A stretch of 59,859 nt of DNA, counting the filler, from Porpidia crustulata (taxonomy: Eukaryota): assembly GCA_964255105.1 (NCBI GenBank). It is 3 parts of 3 records of this genome, joined end to end, with 100 filler letters (N's around TTAATTAATTAA, not from the genome) between each part and the next. Parts side by side here need not be neighbours in the genome. Positions count along the whole stretch, not along the records: positions 1 to 19,962 come from CAXUWE010000129.1; 2 more parts are not named here. One strand, given 5' to 3'. Positions within the stretch are counted from its first letter, which is position 1. Each line of letters opens with the position of its first letter. This document shows positions 1-14,115 of the stretch, piece after piece. Under the pieces are notes generated by a model. It was not told the DNA's origin. It did no database searches and worked only from the letters and a program-made list of their open reading frames with translations. Position numbers and translations under genes: made by a program.

Positions 1-844
1 GTGAATGAGGGAGCAGAGAGATGGGGACGGGAAAGAGGGACAAGGGAAAATAGCAAAACAGCTAAACACCCAACAAATGGGAATCCACACGCTTACAAAA
101 TGCCCTCCCGAGCGAGGAAATTGCGCAATCAACAAACCCACCTTTCCAATCGCCAAAATCATCCATCCATCTATCTACCCATGCATGCTACCCTCGATAA
201 ACTCCAGAAACTTTCGATACAAAAGCGATCCCGCGATCCAAGCCCGCTAGCTAACCCTTTTCCCTTTTCCCTTTTCCCCTAACAACTCCCAGCTTTGTTT
301 GCAGAGATGTGCTTGGCTGGGCTTATACCACATGCGAGAACATTCTCTCGAATCCCACCTATTCCTTTCTTCCAATCCCAAACCCATCCCAACCCCTCCC
401 AACGAATTCTCTCTCCAAAAAGCTCCCGGGCACTATTTCCAGCGGATCCTGTACACCTGCCTACTTATCTACCTGCCTTCCTGCCTGCCCGCCTGCCTAC
501 CTAGACCCAACCTACATGAACGAACATCACAAGAAGCCAGATCATATCAATGTCACGTCAAGCTCACTACAAGCACCAAACATGATTTAAAACGCACAGC
601 TGGATCTTGCGATTCGATTTGTATAATCTACCTAGCCAACGCAAAAGATTCTCTCCCTAATAAACGTCCTCATGCGCCAAGCCCCAAAGCCTTGATGCTG
701 AATGCCAACGGTGCCTCCTTGCACGTCCAGCCAACCGTTGTTATTGCTCCGGAAGCTAAGAGCAGAAAAGCTCCGTTTGACAATGTTATTGAGGTCGCGT
801 TTATTTGATTCAAAGAAAGCTGCGCAATGGAAATCCCTGCCAAT

Positions 845-3800
845 TCATTCCTCCACATCAAAGTCCGCGAGCTTATCAAATGCCGAGGGCTGGACATCCA
901 TATGTACAACAACCTCCTCCGCCCCGTCTTCGTCGTTCTCGTCGCTCAAGTCCGGGGTCTCCTCTGCACCAAGTTGTCCAGGATCGTGATTTAGAGGACT
1001 CTCAGCCGCAGGCGATGGTAGATTACTTGCCGGTTTATCGGATCCCTGGGAGCTTACGCTCGCGGCGTCGTGCATGTTCATAACTCCACTTTGTGGCGCT
1101 ATGGTATCAACCTGCGCCTGGTCATGGCGAAGGGGATGTGGTTCGGCTGGGCGGGGGCTCGGCGAAGTGGGATACTTTAGAAGGTTCGATATATGTTCCG
1201 ATACCTTAGCTAAGTCTGGGCTGGACTCCTCAACCGCAGCTTCATTGTGGCTCGTGGTCAAAGCCTCTTCTTCTCCCTCGTTCTCCGATCCTATCATTTC
1301 TGCCAAATCCCTTACACTGGAGCGACAGTCCCTGTCATCTCTTACCTCCTGTGTGGCTTCGTCTCCGAAATCTAAGAGCATGTCATTTTCGGTCATAGTT
1401 TGTGCCGAAGGACCGATTCCGGGCCCGTGGTAGACGCGTATCATCTCGCCACTCACGCTTTCAGCAGAGCTCCATAGATCTTCATCATTTCCATAGACGT
1501 CTGCTAGATTGTCTGAACTCATGCCAAGACTATTGACTTCCATCGCCTTGGTTTCTGCAAAATCTTCTGGACTCATAACAACATTGCCATCTTCTAGTGG
1601 TTGATCGTTGGGGGCTTCTAGAAGATTCCATACGGAGTCTCCAGAAAGCACATCGTCAGCCGAGATGATTGAAGCTTCGCTAGATTGCTTTGGCTCGCTT
1701 TTAGAAATTTCGTCTTGGTCGTTGTCGTCAAGATCGATAAGCTTGTCGAAAAGCTCGAGAACTTCACCACGGTGTGTCACCCCTTCAGCTGTCTCTAGGG
1801 TATCCTCCTCGTTTGGAGTTTTTTGCTCGGCCCTGGACTTCTTTGGCGGCGTGACCTTCGTTCCTCTCCGCACCAACATTGCTGGATCAGTTCCCTCAGC
1901 GTTCAGTGAATGATTACCATTGGCAATCTTTCCCAAGATATCGGTAAACAGCCATGGGAAACTCATCAATGGCATATTCTCAGGGTCCATCTTCCTAACC
2001 CGTTGCTCTTGTCCACCAACTACAGTGACCTGGCGACACTCTTGGATTGCCTCGTTTATCTCGATCTGCGTTACCTTATACATTGCGGCCACAAAGGGTC
2101 CCATGAGCTCGAAGCTCTTGTTGCCTACCAATCGATAGCACATTCCACGAAATTGATCTTTTAGGGCGGATGATAGCTGTCCGATCTCTTCATGGAATTT
2201 GTAGTCTTTTGATTGATTTGAGTGATGCAGAACGAAGGTTGACCACACTTCGAACTCGGTCTTGATATCATGTTGGGCCATGATACGATGCATAGCTGCA
2301 TCATATTCCCGTTTCAGATTTGCAGCGTCGCGTAGAATTGGATCCTTGAGGTTGTAGGCCCGAAGGATCCGTTCGTCAAAGGGGATATCAAATGCTGGGA
2401 CGAAGTCTACGCGTTCGACCTGGTCGTAAAGCTTGCCTAGAATCTTGTGAGAGATGTAAGTCGCCTCTTTTGGCTTGTGCTTCTTCTCCATAAAATGAGG
2501 CCATTTCCTCGGAGCCAGTTCACGCGGCATACGAGCAGGGACCCCTGTCTTGACATAATCAACCGCCATTGAATGGAGTGCCGCAAGCCGGAGACATCGC
2601 TGATCTTTAACGCCTGCGTCCATGAAATCTGCCAAAGCTACGTGCGCGTGTGCTATGCGAGGCAACATGTCATTCTTCATATAGGTGACGAAGAAGGACG
2701 TAATGTCATCAACCGTAACTTCTCGATCAACCATGACTGGCTCGGGAGGGGTGTAGTCCATCGGCTCATGGTTCCATTCGTAAGGCAAGAGCTCCCTATC
2801 CCAGATCACCAAGTAGTCGTCTCCATCTAAGTCGCCTCCTGAGCACATGCTTGCTAGATCTCTATCGCCAGTCTGTGGGAGAACTACAACATCCCTGAGG
2901 TAGTGAAGCTCTGGAACGTCCACACCACACACAACACGAATATCTCCAGGATGCAATGACGGGTTCCTCGCTAGCAGCATCGGGCCCAGTATAGCTTGAG
3001 GTTTTTCGTCCGGGATTCTTGCAATTTGAACGAAGACTTCTGGCAGGGCCTTGGTCTTTTCTTCAACCGAAGCCCCATTACCAGGCGGCGCAGGTTCATT
3101 GTAATGGCCCTTCAAGGTCGCAGTCTCGTCTAAACAGCCAAGTAGAAGCGCACCATCACCAACTAATATCCGAGCTTTCTCCTTTAGATACTTGATAGAC
3201 CAAGCCCGCCACAATTGAAGGAGGGAAACTACGAATGGCTCTCGTGCGCTCTGAAAGCCATCTACGACCATTCCAGCTAGAACCAAAGTCATCTGGTTTG
3301 CATCAATGTCTTTTTGCAACAAGCTCAACGACATCCTAGTATTATTCATAGCTCGCTCCAAATTGACTAATTGCATCTTGAGCTTGCCGATGAATATATC
3401 GTCTGGGACTCCCAAGGCTGAGAGTACTAGGATAAGCTGTCGATTGAGATTCGCTGAGGCGAACTGAGACCAACGAATAATCTCCAAACCTTCGTGGACG
3501 GCCGGGAATTTGTACTGGCTCTCACGGATGTGGATTTCCCGCTTCTTGGCCTCTGGAGAGACAGCGAGGACTCCTTTGCAGCCTCCAAGCCGGAACTGAT
3601 AGACTGATGGGGGCCCATATGGCGAGTGGGTGATCCCAAGCTCAGATGCAGTCATCTGCGCGAGCAATTCGGATATCTTGCCAACACCATCAGAAAAGTT
3701 CTTTCCGTTCCGCCAGATGTCCTCAATCTCTTCGATAACGACCTTAGTACCACTGATAGCCCTGGTTGTCGAAAAACATTGGCCAAGACGAGCGGCATGC

Positions 3801-6410
3801 TTAGCTACGATTCTAATATCTTTAAACATTCCCATCCATCGACGAATGTCCTCGGTAGTAAGATGCAGGGTCGGTGCGAAGAAGTAAGCACCGTGTTCAC
3901 GGAATTGAGAGTTGCCAAATGCCAAGAACTCATAATGTCGATCTCCAATTGTGATACCATTAATCATTGTACGCTTGATGCGTGTAAATATCTCATCGCT
4001 AGTGTCTTTGTCCGTAGGGTTTATCCGCCCTTCCAACTTCTCGTCGGTGAAGCGGACGCGTAGGAAGCGATCACCATGCACGGCAGCATACTGACGAATG
4101 ACACGATTGGATGTTTCGACCGTTGGCGTGTTATAATACACTGTGCTAGGTGTGACCGTGGCTGAGCGGGTGTAGGCACAATACGAAGGAATTCTAGGCC
4201 TCGAAGCAGAGCCTCTTATAACGGTCATATCAAAGATCTCCATCGGATTGCAGATTCGCTTCTTCTGATTGGCGACGTATTCGAGCAAATCTTGAGCTCT
4301 TACCACATGGCTTGCCATAAGCCGGTGCACGAAGTCTTGGCTCAAGTTATGTTCGTTGAGACAACCCTGGGAGATACAGACTTCCAATTGATATCGGACC
4401 GGGAACGGTAGTGAGACTGCATCTTCAATCAAATCTTCAAGCGCACTGTTCATCTTCAATTGCCGAACAAGCGGCTTATCAATGTAATCCCAAACTGCAG
4501 GTTCGGGATTGGTAATGGTCTTGAAACCTGGAAATCGCACGATGTCTATGTTATGGTCCTTGAATGCCTCACACATCAGTTTGTACTGATTTGGATTGTT
4601 CTTAGCCCTATCAAAAACGAAGCGGTACGTTGTCCATCGTCCAATATCAATGACGGGATTTGATTTCTTCAATGTCAAGGAAGATGACTTCAGATGTTTG
4701 GGGTTATACACGATATCTGTCTGCCGATACCATGCGTCGTTTTGACTCCAGACCCTTGCGGTTTCTTCATGAGTGTCGATTTCAGACACTTTTCTGAAAA
4801 ATCTGGGCGGCGTCTCTAATGAGATGAGAAGGACTATCGTGTTCTCATATGCCTCAATCTCGTAGATTTTCTGTAATTGAGAGAAAGGAACCCGGAATTG
4901 GTAAGTTTCCGTCCTATTGTATTTTCCATGTCTAGGAATTTGAATACCGTCCTTAGGTGGCACTCGCCAATCCCGAATTTGCACCTGCATCTCTACGACA
5001 ATCTCGCGGCGAAGCACGTTCTGGCGGAACTGGCTCTCGATGGGTGGCTTAGACTTCACTTGATGCATACACATCATTGTCCTGGGATCGTACATGAAGC
5101 CGAAATCTAATGAATGAGCATTCATGGTCTATAGATATGTGTCAGCTTTCGCCACTTCCTAAGAACATTCAGCCTACCATGACTTCGGAGAATTGGATCA
5201 ATTGTGGTCTGACCGGGCTGGGAACGAGAAAAGAGCGCTTCCGTGGTTCAAGCTCTAGCCGAACGTTGACGGTGACTCCGCTACTCAGCTTAACAGGATA
5301 TCTTTCAATCTGCCAGAACGGTCGGGCTGGAGGTGGCCTATAGCGAATCATCGCTTTTCCCTCCCGTGAACCCTTGCTGTCCTCGAAGATCTCGATAATA
5401 TTAATGGAGCCTTCTTTACTGAAACAGTGCCAGAGGTCGAGTGTTGTGATGCTCGGCGGAAGACCAAAAACTTTCACACGAAGCTCTATCCAGGTGCTCC
5501 AACCATCCTGGCGTTGCATTATGGGTTGGCTTAGCTGGTGCTGATGATGAGGTGAGCTGCCTGTCCTCCGAACCGAAGGTGATGAACGCGTAGAAGTATG
5601 AGTGCTCTGCATTGTTCCATCTGGCAATCTATGCAGGTCTCGAGATATTTGTGGTGGTTGCAAAGGGTGTTGATTGTGTACAAGCCGAGTTGGCTGCTGT
5701 CGGGGCTTTCGCTGAGGTAAAGAAACAGGCCGTTGCACGGAAGTGTTGCTTGCGAAAGGGCTTGCTCGTCCAACCCCAATCGTATATGAGGTGATTGTTG
5801 GATCAAGTTTGGGTGACCCGCCATGTTGCTGCTGGTGTTCTTCTGAAACAGCGAGCTTTTCCTGCTCGTACCTCAGCCGCGCTTGCCTCATCAGGCCGTT
5901 TCGAGGACCGTCTCGTCTTCTAGGGTCACGAAGTGATTGAGTCTTTAAGATCCTGGTTTTGGAGAGATCGTGTTGTTTTGTGGAGGAAAGCCTTGAGTGA
6001 CCATCTCTTCCTTTGCTCCTCGTATGGAGTGCAGAAACAAGCTGTTTAAAATTGTCACTAAGCTTGTCCCGATTTGAGGGCTGCTTGTGTTGTGCCGGAG
6101 GAACATTCACTTTGGTCTGTGAAGGTAGCAGTAGCGTTGTATCTTTGGGTGAAGTGAATGAAGCCCCAGCGATGGAGTCTTTGGTTTTGAAGGATGGCGG
6201 CGGTGATGGTGAGTATGCTGGCAGGCTGTCGGCTGCAGCTTCCGCTTTGGTCAGCGGTTGTCTTGTGTCAACGCTGGGTAATCGAACGGTCCGTTGATAT
6301 ATCCCATGTTTCCACTCTTGGTTGATCTGAGGTTGCCACACCGGTGCAACACCCTGCTCACGAAGCATATGTTCCTCAGAATGCACCGGCGTTTTGGTCT
6401 TCTTGGCCAT
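845..6410 (-). CDS. sad-1: Eukaryotic RNA-dependent RNA polymerase, SAD-1/RrpB type (2 exons, ~1838 aa)
   Basis: Catalytic SGGDLDGDDY motif plus ARNPSLHPGD, FSDGVGKIS and QFRLGGCKG. The upstream ORF 5169-6410 (RRM-like ELRVKVFGLPP...EGKAMIRY) joins through a 49-nt phase-0 intron 5129-5177 (GTAGGC...GCTGAC...TAG). RdRP identity is firm; the SAD-1 subfamily call is inference. Confidence 0.9.
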
Positions 6411-7504
6411 ACTGGAAGGTTTTGGGTAATATATTGTAGGCGGAATCAGAAGGTTGGCAAACGTATCTGGGATTAAGAAAGTCAGAATGACACCAAGAAA
6501 GAATTCCTTTGTTCGAGAAGAAGTGTTGAAGTGCTAATTTTAACACACGTTACGATGAAGAATGGAGGAGTTCTTGGGTCTACATCAATACGTCTTAATT
6601 CATTTACAGTGATACCGATCAATGAAAGTGAAGACGCTCTAAGACTTGAGTGAGGGTCCCGATTTGTCGACAGTGGATTTGCAGATATCACAGTCGGCCT
6701 AGAAGAACAAATTTGGTACGGGACCGTCCTAAGACCTCGAGCTGTGACACTCTTCAACTATTGATCTTGAAGTCTTTGGCCTAGGATGACCATGGAGGAT
6801 CATGGATTCCCTTGAAAGAGAGTAGAAGCAGCGAGCGAATTCTATGTCTTCCAAAGCTCGATACTTCCCCTAAACCTGCGAACACATCAATTTTGGCGAT
6901 CTTTGGATACCAGAAAATGGTCCAATAAGTGATATATACAAGAACAGGAAAGCAGTTGAGGACTAGCTGCCAATAAGTTGTCGCATTTTGCGAGGAATAC
7001 CCAAACATTGATAGAAGGTTTGCTCTGTTTACTTACCATAACCACAGGGCGGTTGTGTGTTGTAAGCAAACAAGCAATATCATCACATGCAGATTGCCGA
7101 GTTAGAACAAGGAACTCTACATTTCGTTTTGCATCATGTAGCACCTGAATTAGAAGTCATTGTAATATTCCCATGCTTTACCTTGAATTGATGCTGTCCC
7201 TAGGTGAAAGGTCGATGATATAGTGGGAATTGTACTTATCATAGAAATCACTGCGTCAAAGGTTCTGCCCTCATCAGCTAGTCTCAATATCTCGTGCTGA
7301 ATCCGTTGCTCACAAGGCTCTTGCTTTGCAATGCGGCTTTTTGAATCATGACTGGCCAAAAGCGTGAAGACGCTGCAGAGGTTGCGCATGTCAATTTCAT
7401 GCAGCACCGACACCAGGCTTTGTGATTATTCCTAGCCAAGATTATTCATACTTACAGTGGAGTCAAAGTGTGATAGCTCTGCTGATATCATAATGGTCGT
7501 TTTA

Positions 7505-10500
7505 CTAAAGATCTAAAGTCGTGTCATCGAATTTGTCCTTGGAGACTTGGCCTCCTGATCCGTTAAGATGCTGATAATCGGTACTGGTAAAGACATCACT
7601 ACCGAAGGACTTCTCTCCTGGATCTTCCTCCAAATAGTCAATAGCATTCTCCTTGTTGGCGCCTCGCATCGTGTTGGCATTCTGGCCCAGCGTTTTCTGG
7701 GGCTGAATTTGAGTCGGACTCCAGAATTCTGGATCCTGTGTGTTCAAATAGCGGACTTTTAGCGGATGCCGCTTCCATTTTTCAGAAGCGTTGTTGCTGC
7801 GTCTTTTTCCCATCGAATCAATTTCAGCAGCTCTTTCAGTATACATAGAAACAGAATTGAAGCCTCGTTGGGTCTTGGTGCGCTTCGGCGCGGACCCAGC
7901 ATGACTTGTAGGGCTAGATTCTAGGGAGTGAACGGGATCCTTTTCTAGCTCTCTAGGAGTTAATGAAATTTCCGCATCCTGCAAATCAGGGTAGTATTTT
8001 TCATTTAACATAAGTGGAGATCCGTGGTTTGGAGACGCTTGAACTTGCTTCATCGTACCCATGACTCGCATCAGTTTGGCCTGGAACTCCTGGGCTTCCG
8101 CGAGCTCTCTCGTTCGTTCATCTTGGTCCTGGCGAACCTGATTTAACTTATTGGATGGAGACTCTCCGTTAGCAATTCCATTCAATTCAAAAAGACTACA
8201 ATTGGAAGAGTGTAATTGTACCTTCTTCTTCAGATCCTTCACAGCCGATTCTTTTTGGAGGGACTTCAGTGCAGCTTCTTGTTTGTTCTCGGCTATTTCT
8301 TCATTGAGCTTCTCTACGGAGATTCTATGATATTCCTCCATGCGCGAGATCTAGGGTATCACGATTCAGTCTTCGGGTCCCAAAAGAATCAGTCAGATGT
8401 CTGGCTCTATCATACCTCGGCAATTTTGGCAGAAGAATAACCCTCATGTTCTTTGTGAAGATCTGCCACCTGATTCCCTAGAGCGAGAATCTTGAGTTCC
8501 AGCTCCGATATTTCGAGCTTATGTTTTGTAGCTAGCTGTTGTGCCTTTGCTTGGTAAACACAAAGGCCTCGAAGCGTGAACTTAGGGAAGTATCATACCA
8601 TCAATTCCAAGTTCTGGTTCTCATTTCTTAAGCTCGCTTCTTGTAACACAAAGCTGGATTTTTCAATTGCCAGGGAGGTACTAGCAGCCTCAAGTTTTCC
8701 TATGGCTTCGTCACGGTCACTCACAGTTTCCTCAAGGCTTCTGATCTTTTTGTGGGTGTATAGTTCGTTGGATCTCAACTGCACCAGATCATTCTGCAGA
8801 CTGCTCATATGTTCTGTAAGTTTGATCAGCTTGACCTCTTGTTCTTCAAGTAATTCGTCCTTCTCAGTTGTGCTTGCAAGGTGTATCAATTCTTGCTGTA
8901 CAGCCGTCTCACTCGCAACTTTAGCGGCGTCTTGGGCGTCCTTCTTTAATGCATGAAATTCTTTCTCCAGATCCGTAAGCCTGGCTGATTGAACATGCTC
9001 CCGTTGCTCAGAAGCCTGAAGATTATTTTGGAAACAGTCCTTCTCATTCGCCAAGTCGTCTACCATCCGCTTATCTTCTACAATTTCACATTCGAGTTCT
9101 GCTAGTCTAGCTTGTGAAACGTTCAGCTTCGACATGAGATCCTTATTTTTTGCTTGCTCAGCACGTAGCGGACACTCAATTTCGTCACATCGAAGCTCGA
9201 GATCTCGGCATATTTCACCTACCATCATCACAATTGAACCATACTGGTGCTTCGTGTCTCTTGATAATTCGTTGACAAGGCGTTCTCTCCAGTCATGGCT
9301 AGTCGTCAGTACCTGAGGTGTACTGCCAGCCTCGAACAGAGATACCGGAGCCTGGGATGTGAAAATACGTAGGTCGTGGTACTTGCAGGGCGACAAAGCT
9401 GAGGTAGTTTTGCTCCGCTTTGTAAGGAGAGCCAGTCCCAGTGCCGGGTCAAAAGTGATTCCATCCCCAGATGCGTAGAACCCTGTTTTCAACAAGAGCT
9501 CACAGACACTGTGATGGAGCCCTAATACTGCCTCAGTATGTACCCGCGGGCATATCCCAATCGCAATATGCTCTTGGCCAATGTACGGTACTGATATCCA
9601 AGAGTTGATAAATTGACTGAGTGGTCCTTGGACCTCTTCAACTGCAAGCGAAACCAGCAGCTTTTGCCTTAGGCTTAGCGATGTCTGTACTATCGCTTCG
9701 AGAACAGAAAGTGAAGTCTTTGCGCTCCGCAAAACGGTCAAATGTTCGCTGCTGGGTAGACACTCCATGGAAGCCATATGCAACAATGCAAGTAGGTGTG
9801 AACGGACGGATTGCTCATCGAGGTAGATCTGCGACTGATTAGCGTAAGGCACTGTCGCTATCCCTATTGATCGGGGCAATACCAGAGATCTTTCGAACGA
9901 TCTTGGAGACATTGCATGCGGACTTGGTATGCTCAGTAGACTGTTAAAGGCTGAAATAAAAGCTTCTGGCATTAATTCTCCTTCAAATAACAGAGTCATG
10001 ACGCCAAGGGCCTAATGCTAAATCAGCCATAATTAGGCCAACCAGTCAGAAAAACTTACAGCGTATTTGACTTCATTATCAATGTCCGGACGAAGGATCT
10101 TCTCCGAAAGCTTCTTGGTTTTTGCGGCATTCTTCCTCACCCAAGCGATCCTCGCGCCACCAGGGATTGCATCGATGATTTCTTCCGAAAGCTTCAAGGC
10201 TTCCAAGACCTCATCTGAGTGTAATGAGCAATTCTTAGAGCACGATGAGATGACCTTCAACGCTATTAGATCTAGAGTCTTGGAGGCTCGCTTGATCGTG
10301 AAGAATTGCCGGGCCGCATCATAACGGTCTCTACTCTCAGCTGCAACTTCGTTTCTCGACGAGGTGGCATCTGGCATGTACCACGTGTCCGAGGACGTCA
10401 ATGCCACCTTTGCCAGAATAGCCAGACAAAGTACATTGGCGGAGTGGTCTTCCACTTCGAGGCTTTTGAGGATCTTCAAAAGCTGTGATTGGAGGCGATC

Positions 10501-11286
10501 AACGATGTCGAGGGGCAATATATCGAGTATGTTGAAACCGACGCCTGACAGAACTGAGTAGATCGGACGGATGTTCTCTGCCAGTGGCGATTGAACCCCT
10601 CTCTGCAAAAGTTCCTGGAGAAACGACACAATGGTCGCTGGAAGAGGCACTTGACTCAGAGGTGCAGAAAGTAAGGTAGTGCATGCTGTCGCATACTATT
10701 TGGGGCGTAAGCTTAGATCTCCCCGGTCCAGATGTTACGGTTTGGTCTTACTTTCTGGAATCCCTGTTCTGATCTTGTAGCTTCATTCAAAAGGGTTTCG
10801 AGAAGCATAGGCTTCTGTCGGAGGACCGCATGGCGGAACAATGATACCCTAGCTACAAGATTTTAGCACCAGGAATCAGACATGATCGAGAGATATTGGC
10901 ATGCGCCGAGCGTACACAGCATTTGAAGAATTTGCAGCACAAACGGCCAATTTTCAAGTCCGTCAAGGACTGCATTAGCCAATCCCTCGATTTGGCATGC
11001 ATTGCCATCCGCCCAGTTCTGGACTGTTCGAATCTCGGCATTGCGAAGGATGTCGTGTAGCTTCTGTCACATCGCAACAGTTGGTTAGCTCCTTCGGACA
11101 GCATAATATTTGTATTTGGTATTTGTGTTTGTGCTTTGACATGTCATGACTGAGATATCTATTCCGAGCCAGTATCTAGATAATTCCAGCCGAAGATCCC
11201 CGTAGATGCCCTACCTTTAAGCATGGCACGTATGGCGACTGCAAAATCCGGTCAACTTCCGCGGACAGCTCACTGCTGGTACTCAT
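7505..11286 (-). CDS. Uncharacterised multi-exon protein with helical N-terminus, long coiled coil and disordered C-terminal tail
   Basis: ATG at 11286 (MSTSSELSAEVDRILQSPYVPCLK|GTAGGG). Further exons KLHDILRNAE...WPFVLQIL and YATACTTLLSAPL, then same-strand ORFs 10033-10650, 8593-9999 and 7505-8341 separated by short GT-AG introns. Heptad-rich E/K/L segments. Not every exon boundary was verified. Confidence 0.75.
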
Positions 11287-11845
11287 GATGCCTTGAGTGA
11301 ACAGATGTTCGAGATCTTTCTGATCATGCATTGATATCTCGCATCACGTTAGTAGAGTGGGTGGATACAACTGTTGATCACACTTAGTTGCCTATCGCAA
11401 CGAATGTGACGAAGCTTGTTCGTGTTCGTCCCTTACCTACTCATCATTCGCACAGCGTGAAAGTTATTTTTGTATTGCTCCAGTCCCAACTCATCCCACT
11501 GATGCATACTTCCAGTGTGCGTTCAGTATTTACATTGTCTTTGGGTGTTCAAAGACGACCGCCCTCCTATGTTCTATCTAGTAGGGGTTACTCGCAAGTT
11601 AGCGCCATCTATCTACCTACCCAGTTGAAGAGACTGGCGATCGAGATTTGGGGACGGGGTAGTTCGAGATGCGGGAACTACGGGAATAGGGAGGAGACTA
11701 AGGGACGTGTGGACCACTGGGGGGGAGTCTGGGATGAGCAGCTCAACTGCCGTCTCATGCTCGTCGCGGCTGGTGACAGAATTGATTATGGATCATTCCA
11801 CTCTATATTCCAAGTATTTCCTCCATCTGCGCATTTTTTGTGACG

Positions 11846-13756
11846 ATGAGCTTGCGCCCTGTGTGGACATGTCTCATGCGCCGCACAAAATGGAGAAATG
11901 CACAGATCCTAAAGCCTATCCATATTATCAATGGGAGACTGCAAAGTACTGCTCCAGCCAGCTATCCATCACGCCTGTCTTGGACAACCAGCCGCGTCTT
12001 CTTTGTTTCTGCCATTGCGAGCTCCTTGGCATACCTCATTGGTGTCAATTATACAAGCTCGCATGCTGAGGAATTGCGTAACAAGGATAGGTTTCCGGTT
12101 TATGGTAGTTTTGAGGCTCTAGAGACGGTACCTGAAAGTTCGAATGAGTCTTGATAGATAGCTGATTTATCTGCTGGTAGGCCGTTTCAGAGCTCCGTCA
12201 GCTACTTTCCGTGGAGTCAATTAGTACCGACGATGACGATCTCAGAGCTCACGGTTTCTCCGAGTGGTCCTCAATTAATATCGATCAGCTTCCAGTTGCT
12301 GTCGCATACCCAAAGTCTACTGAGGAGGTCTCCCAGATTGCAAGGATTTGTGATAAGTATCGTATGATCACGTAGATTATGATTGAGTTGATTATGCCCA
12401 TCCCGCTGACTATTTGTAAGGAATGCCCATGATTCCATTCTCTGGAGGGACATCTCTGGAAGCTAATTTTGCAGCGCCGTATGGAGGCATCAGCATTGAT
12501 TTTGCATTCATGGATCAGATTATAGCGCTTCATGAAGATGACATGGACATAGTCGTTCAGCCAAGCGTACAATGGATGCAATTGAACGATGAAATTCGGG
12601 AGACTGGACTTTTTTTCCCAGTGGACCCAGGACCGAGTGCAAGAATTGGAGGTATGGTGGGAACGAGCTGTAGCGGCACGAACGCAGTCAGGTATGGGAC
12701 GATGAAGGACTGGGTCGTCAACCTGACAGTTGTACTATCCAATGGGACAGTGATAAAGACAAAGAGAAGACCCCGGAAGTCTAGTGCAGGCTATAATCTT
12801 ACGGGGTTGTTCGTTGGCTCCGAAGGCACTCTAGGGATTGTCACTGAAATTACGCTGAAGCTTGCTGTGATTCCTCAAGAAACCACAGTTGCTGTCGTTA
12901 CGTTTCCCACAATCAGAGCGGCAGCGTCCGCGGCCGCACAGATCATGAAGGTGGGTGTTCCAGTAGGCGCAATGGAAATCATGGACGAAGTGCAGATGAA
13001 CGTCGTCAACCGAGCTGGCGGGACTGGGAAGACTTGGAAAGAAATGCCAACTATGTTTTTCAAGTTCTCTGGGACCAAGGCTGGGGTTCAAGATCATATT
13101 CATGTCGTGGAATCTATCACGAAAGCATGCGGAGGTGGAGATTTTGACTTTGCAAAAGATCCGCAAGAGGCAAGAGTGTTATGGTCTGCACGTAAAGAGG
13201 CACTCTGGAGCATGCTGTCATTGAAGAAAGAGGGACAGGAGTTATGGTCTACTGATGTTGCCGTCCCTTTATCGCGCTTACCCGACATAATTGAAATATC
13301 GAAGAAAGAAATGGACGAGTTAGGACTTTTCGCAAGCATACTCGGTCACGTGGGAGATGGTAATTTCCACGAAAGCGTTCTTTACGATAACACCAATCCG
13401 ATTGAGAGGGCCGCCGTGGAAAAGTGTGTGCACGACATGGTTGATCGAGCGTTGGAAATGGATGGTACATGCACCGTATGCTCCGAAGCTTTCACGTTTG
13501 ATGAAGCCCAAACTAACGGGAACAGGGGGAGCATGGAATCGGACTCGGCAAGAAACAATCCCTTCTAAAAGAATTGGGAGCTGACACGATTGATGTGATG
13601 CGGAGTATCAAGAAAGCCTTGGATCCTCATTGGCTGATGAATCCAGGCAAGATCTTCGAACCTACAAGAGGCGAAGGGCCTCATGATTTAGGACCGGCAA
13701 CCGCTGTGATAAGTCTAGAGACTTCAGGTACGACGCAAAGGACAGGAAGTTTCTGA
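11846..13756 (+). CDS. DLD1: Mitochondrial D-lactate dehydrogenase (cytochrome), FAD-linked oxidase family
   Basis: Arg-rich presequence; PFSGGTSLE, FFPVDPGP, GSEGTLGIVT, GHVGDGNFH, GEHGIG and MNPGKIF motifs. Introns 12128-12180, 12362-12420 and 13476-13525 give one intact frame. Confidence 0.92.
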
Positions 13757-14115
13757 TAATAGTCATCTATGTTTGCCGGTGGATAGGCGCGAAAAGTGAT
13801 CCTTCCTCGTCCTTCCTTGCGATGGCGGGTCACAAGCAATCACATCAAGGGCCATGGCTCCAGATATAATTGAAGAACCTTCAGGCCTTTAAGACCCGGA
13901 CTCTGACAGTCTTACTGTAGCTCTAGTGCAGCATGTCTTATTTGGTATATCGACTCTTGGAGTGTAGAGTTGTGAAAGTCGTCTGTATGATATAAATGAT
14001 CTATCTAAACTCTTGGCGTCAGTCGTGCTCATCCCACTTTACTCCGAACTTTAGTAGCGTCAATACAAATATCCTGTTCCGGCTCAGTCTAGAATAAATT
14101 GATTTGTTTCCAAGA

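Noticed and set aside
1..844. Short ORFs and CCTG/CCTA low-complexity tracts at the window start
   Set aside because: No recognisable motif; likely 3' flank and simple repeats.
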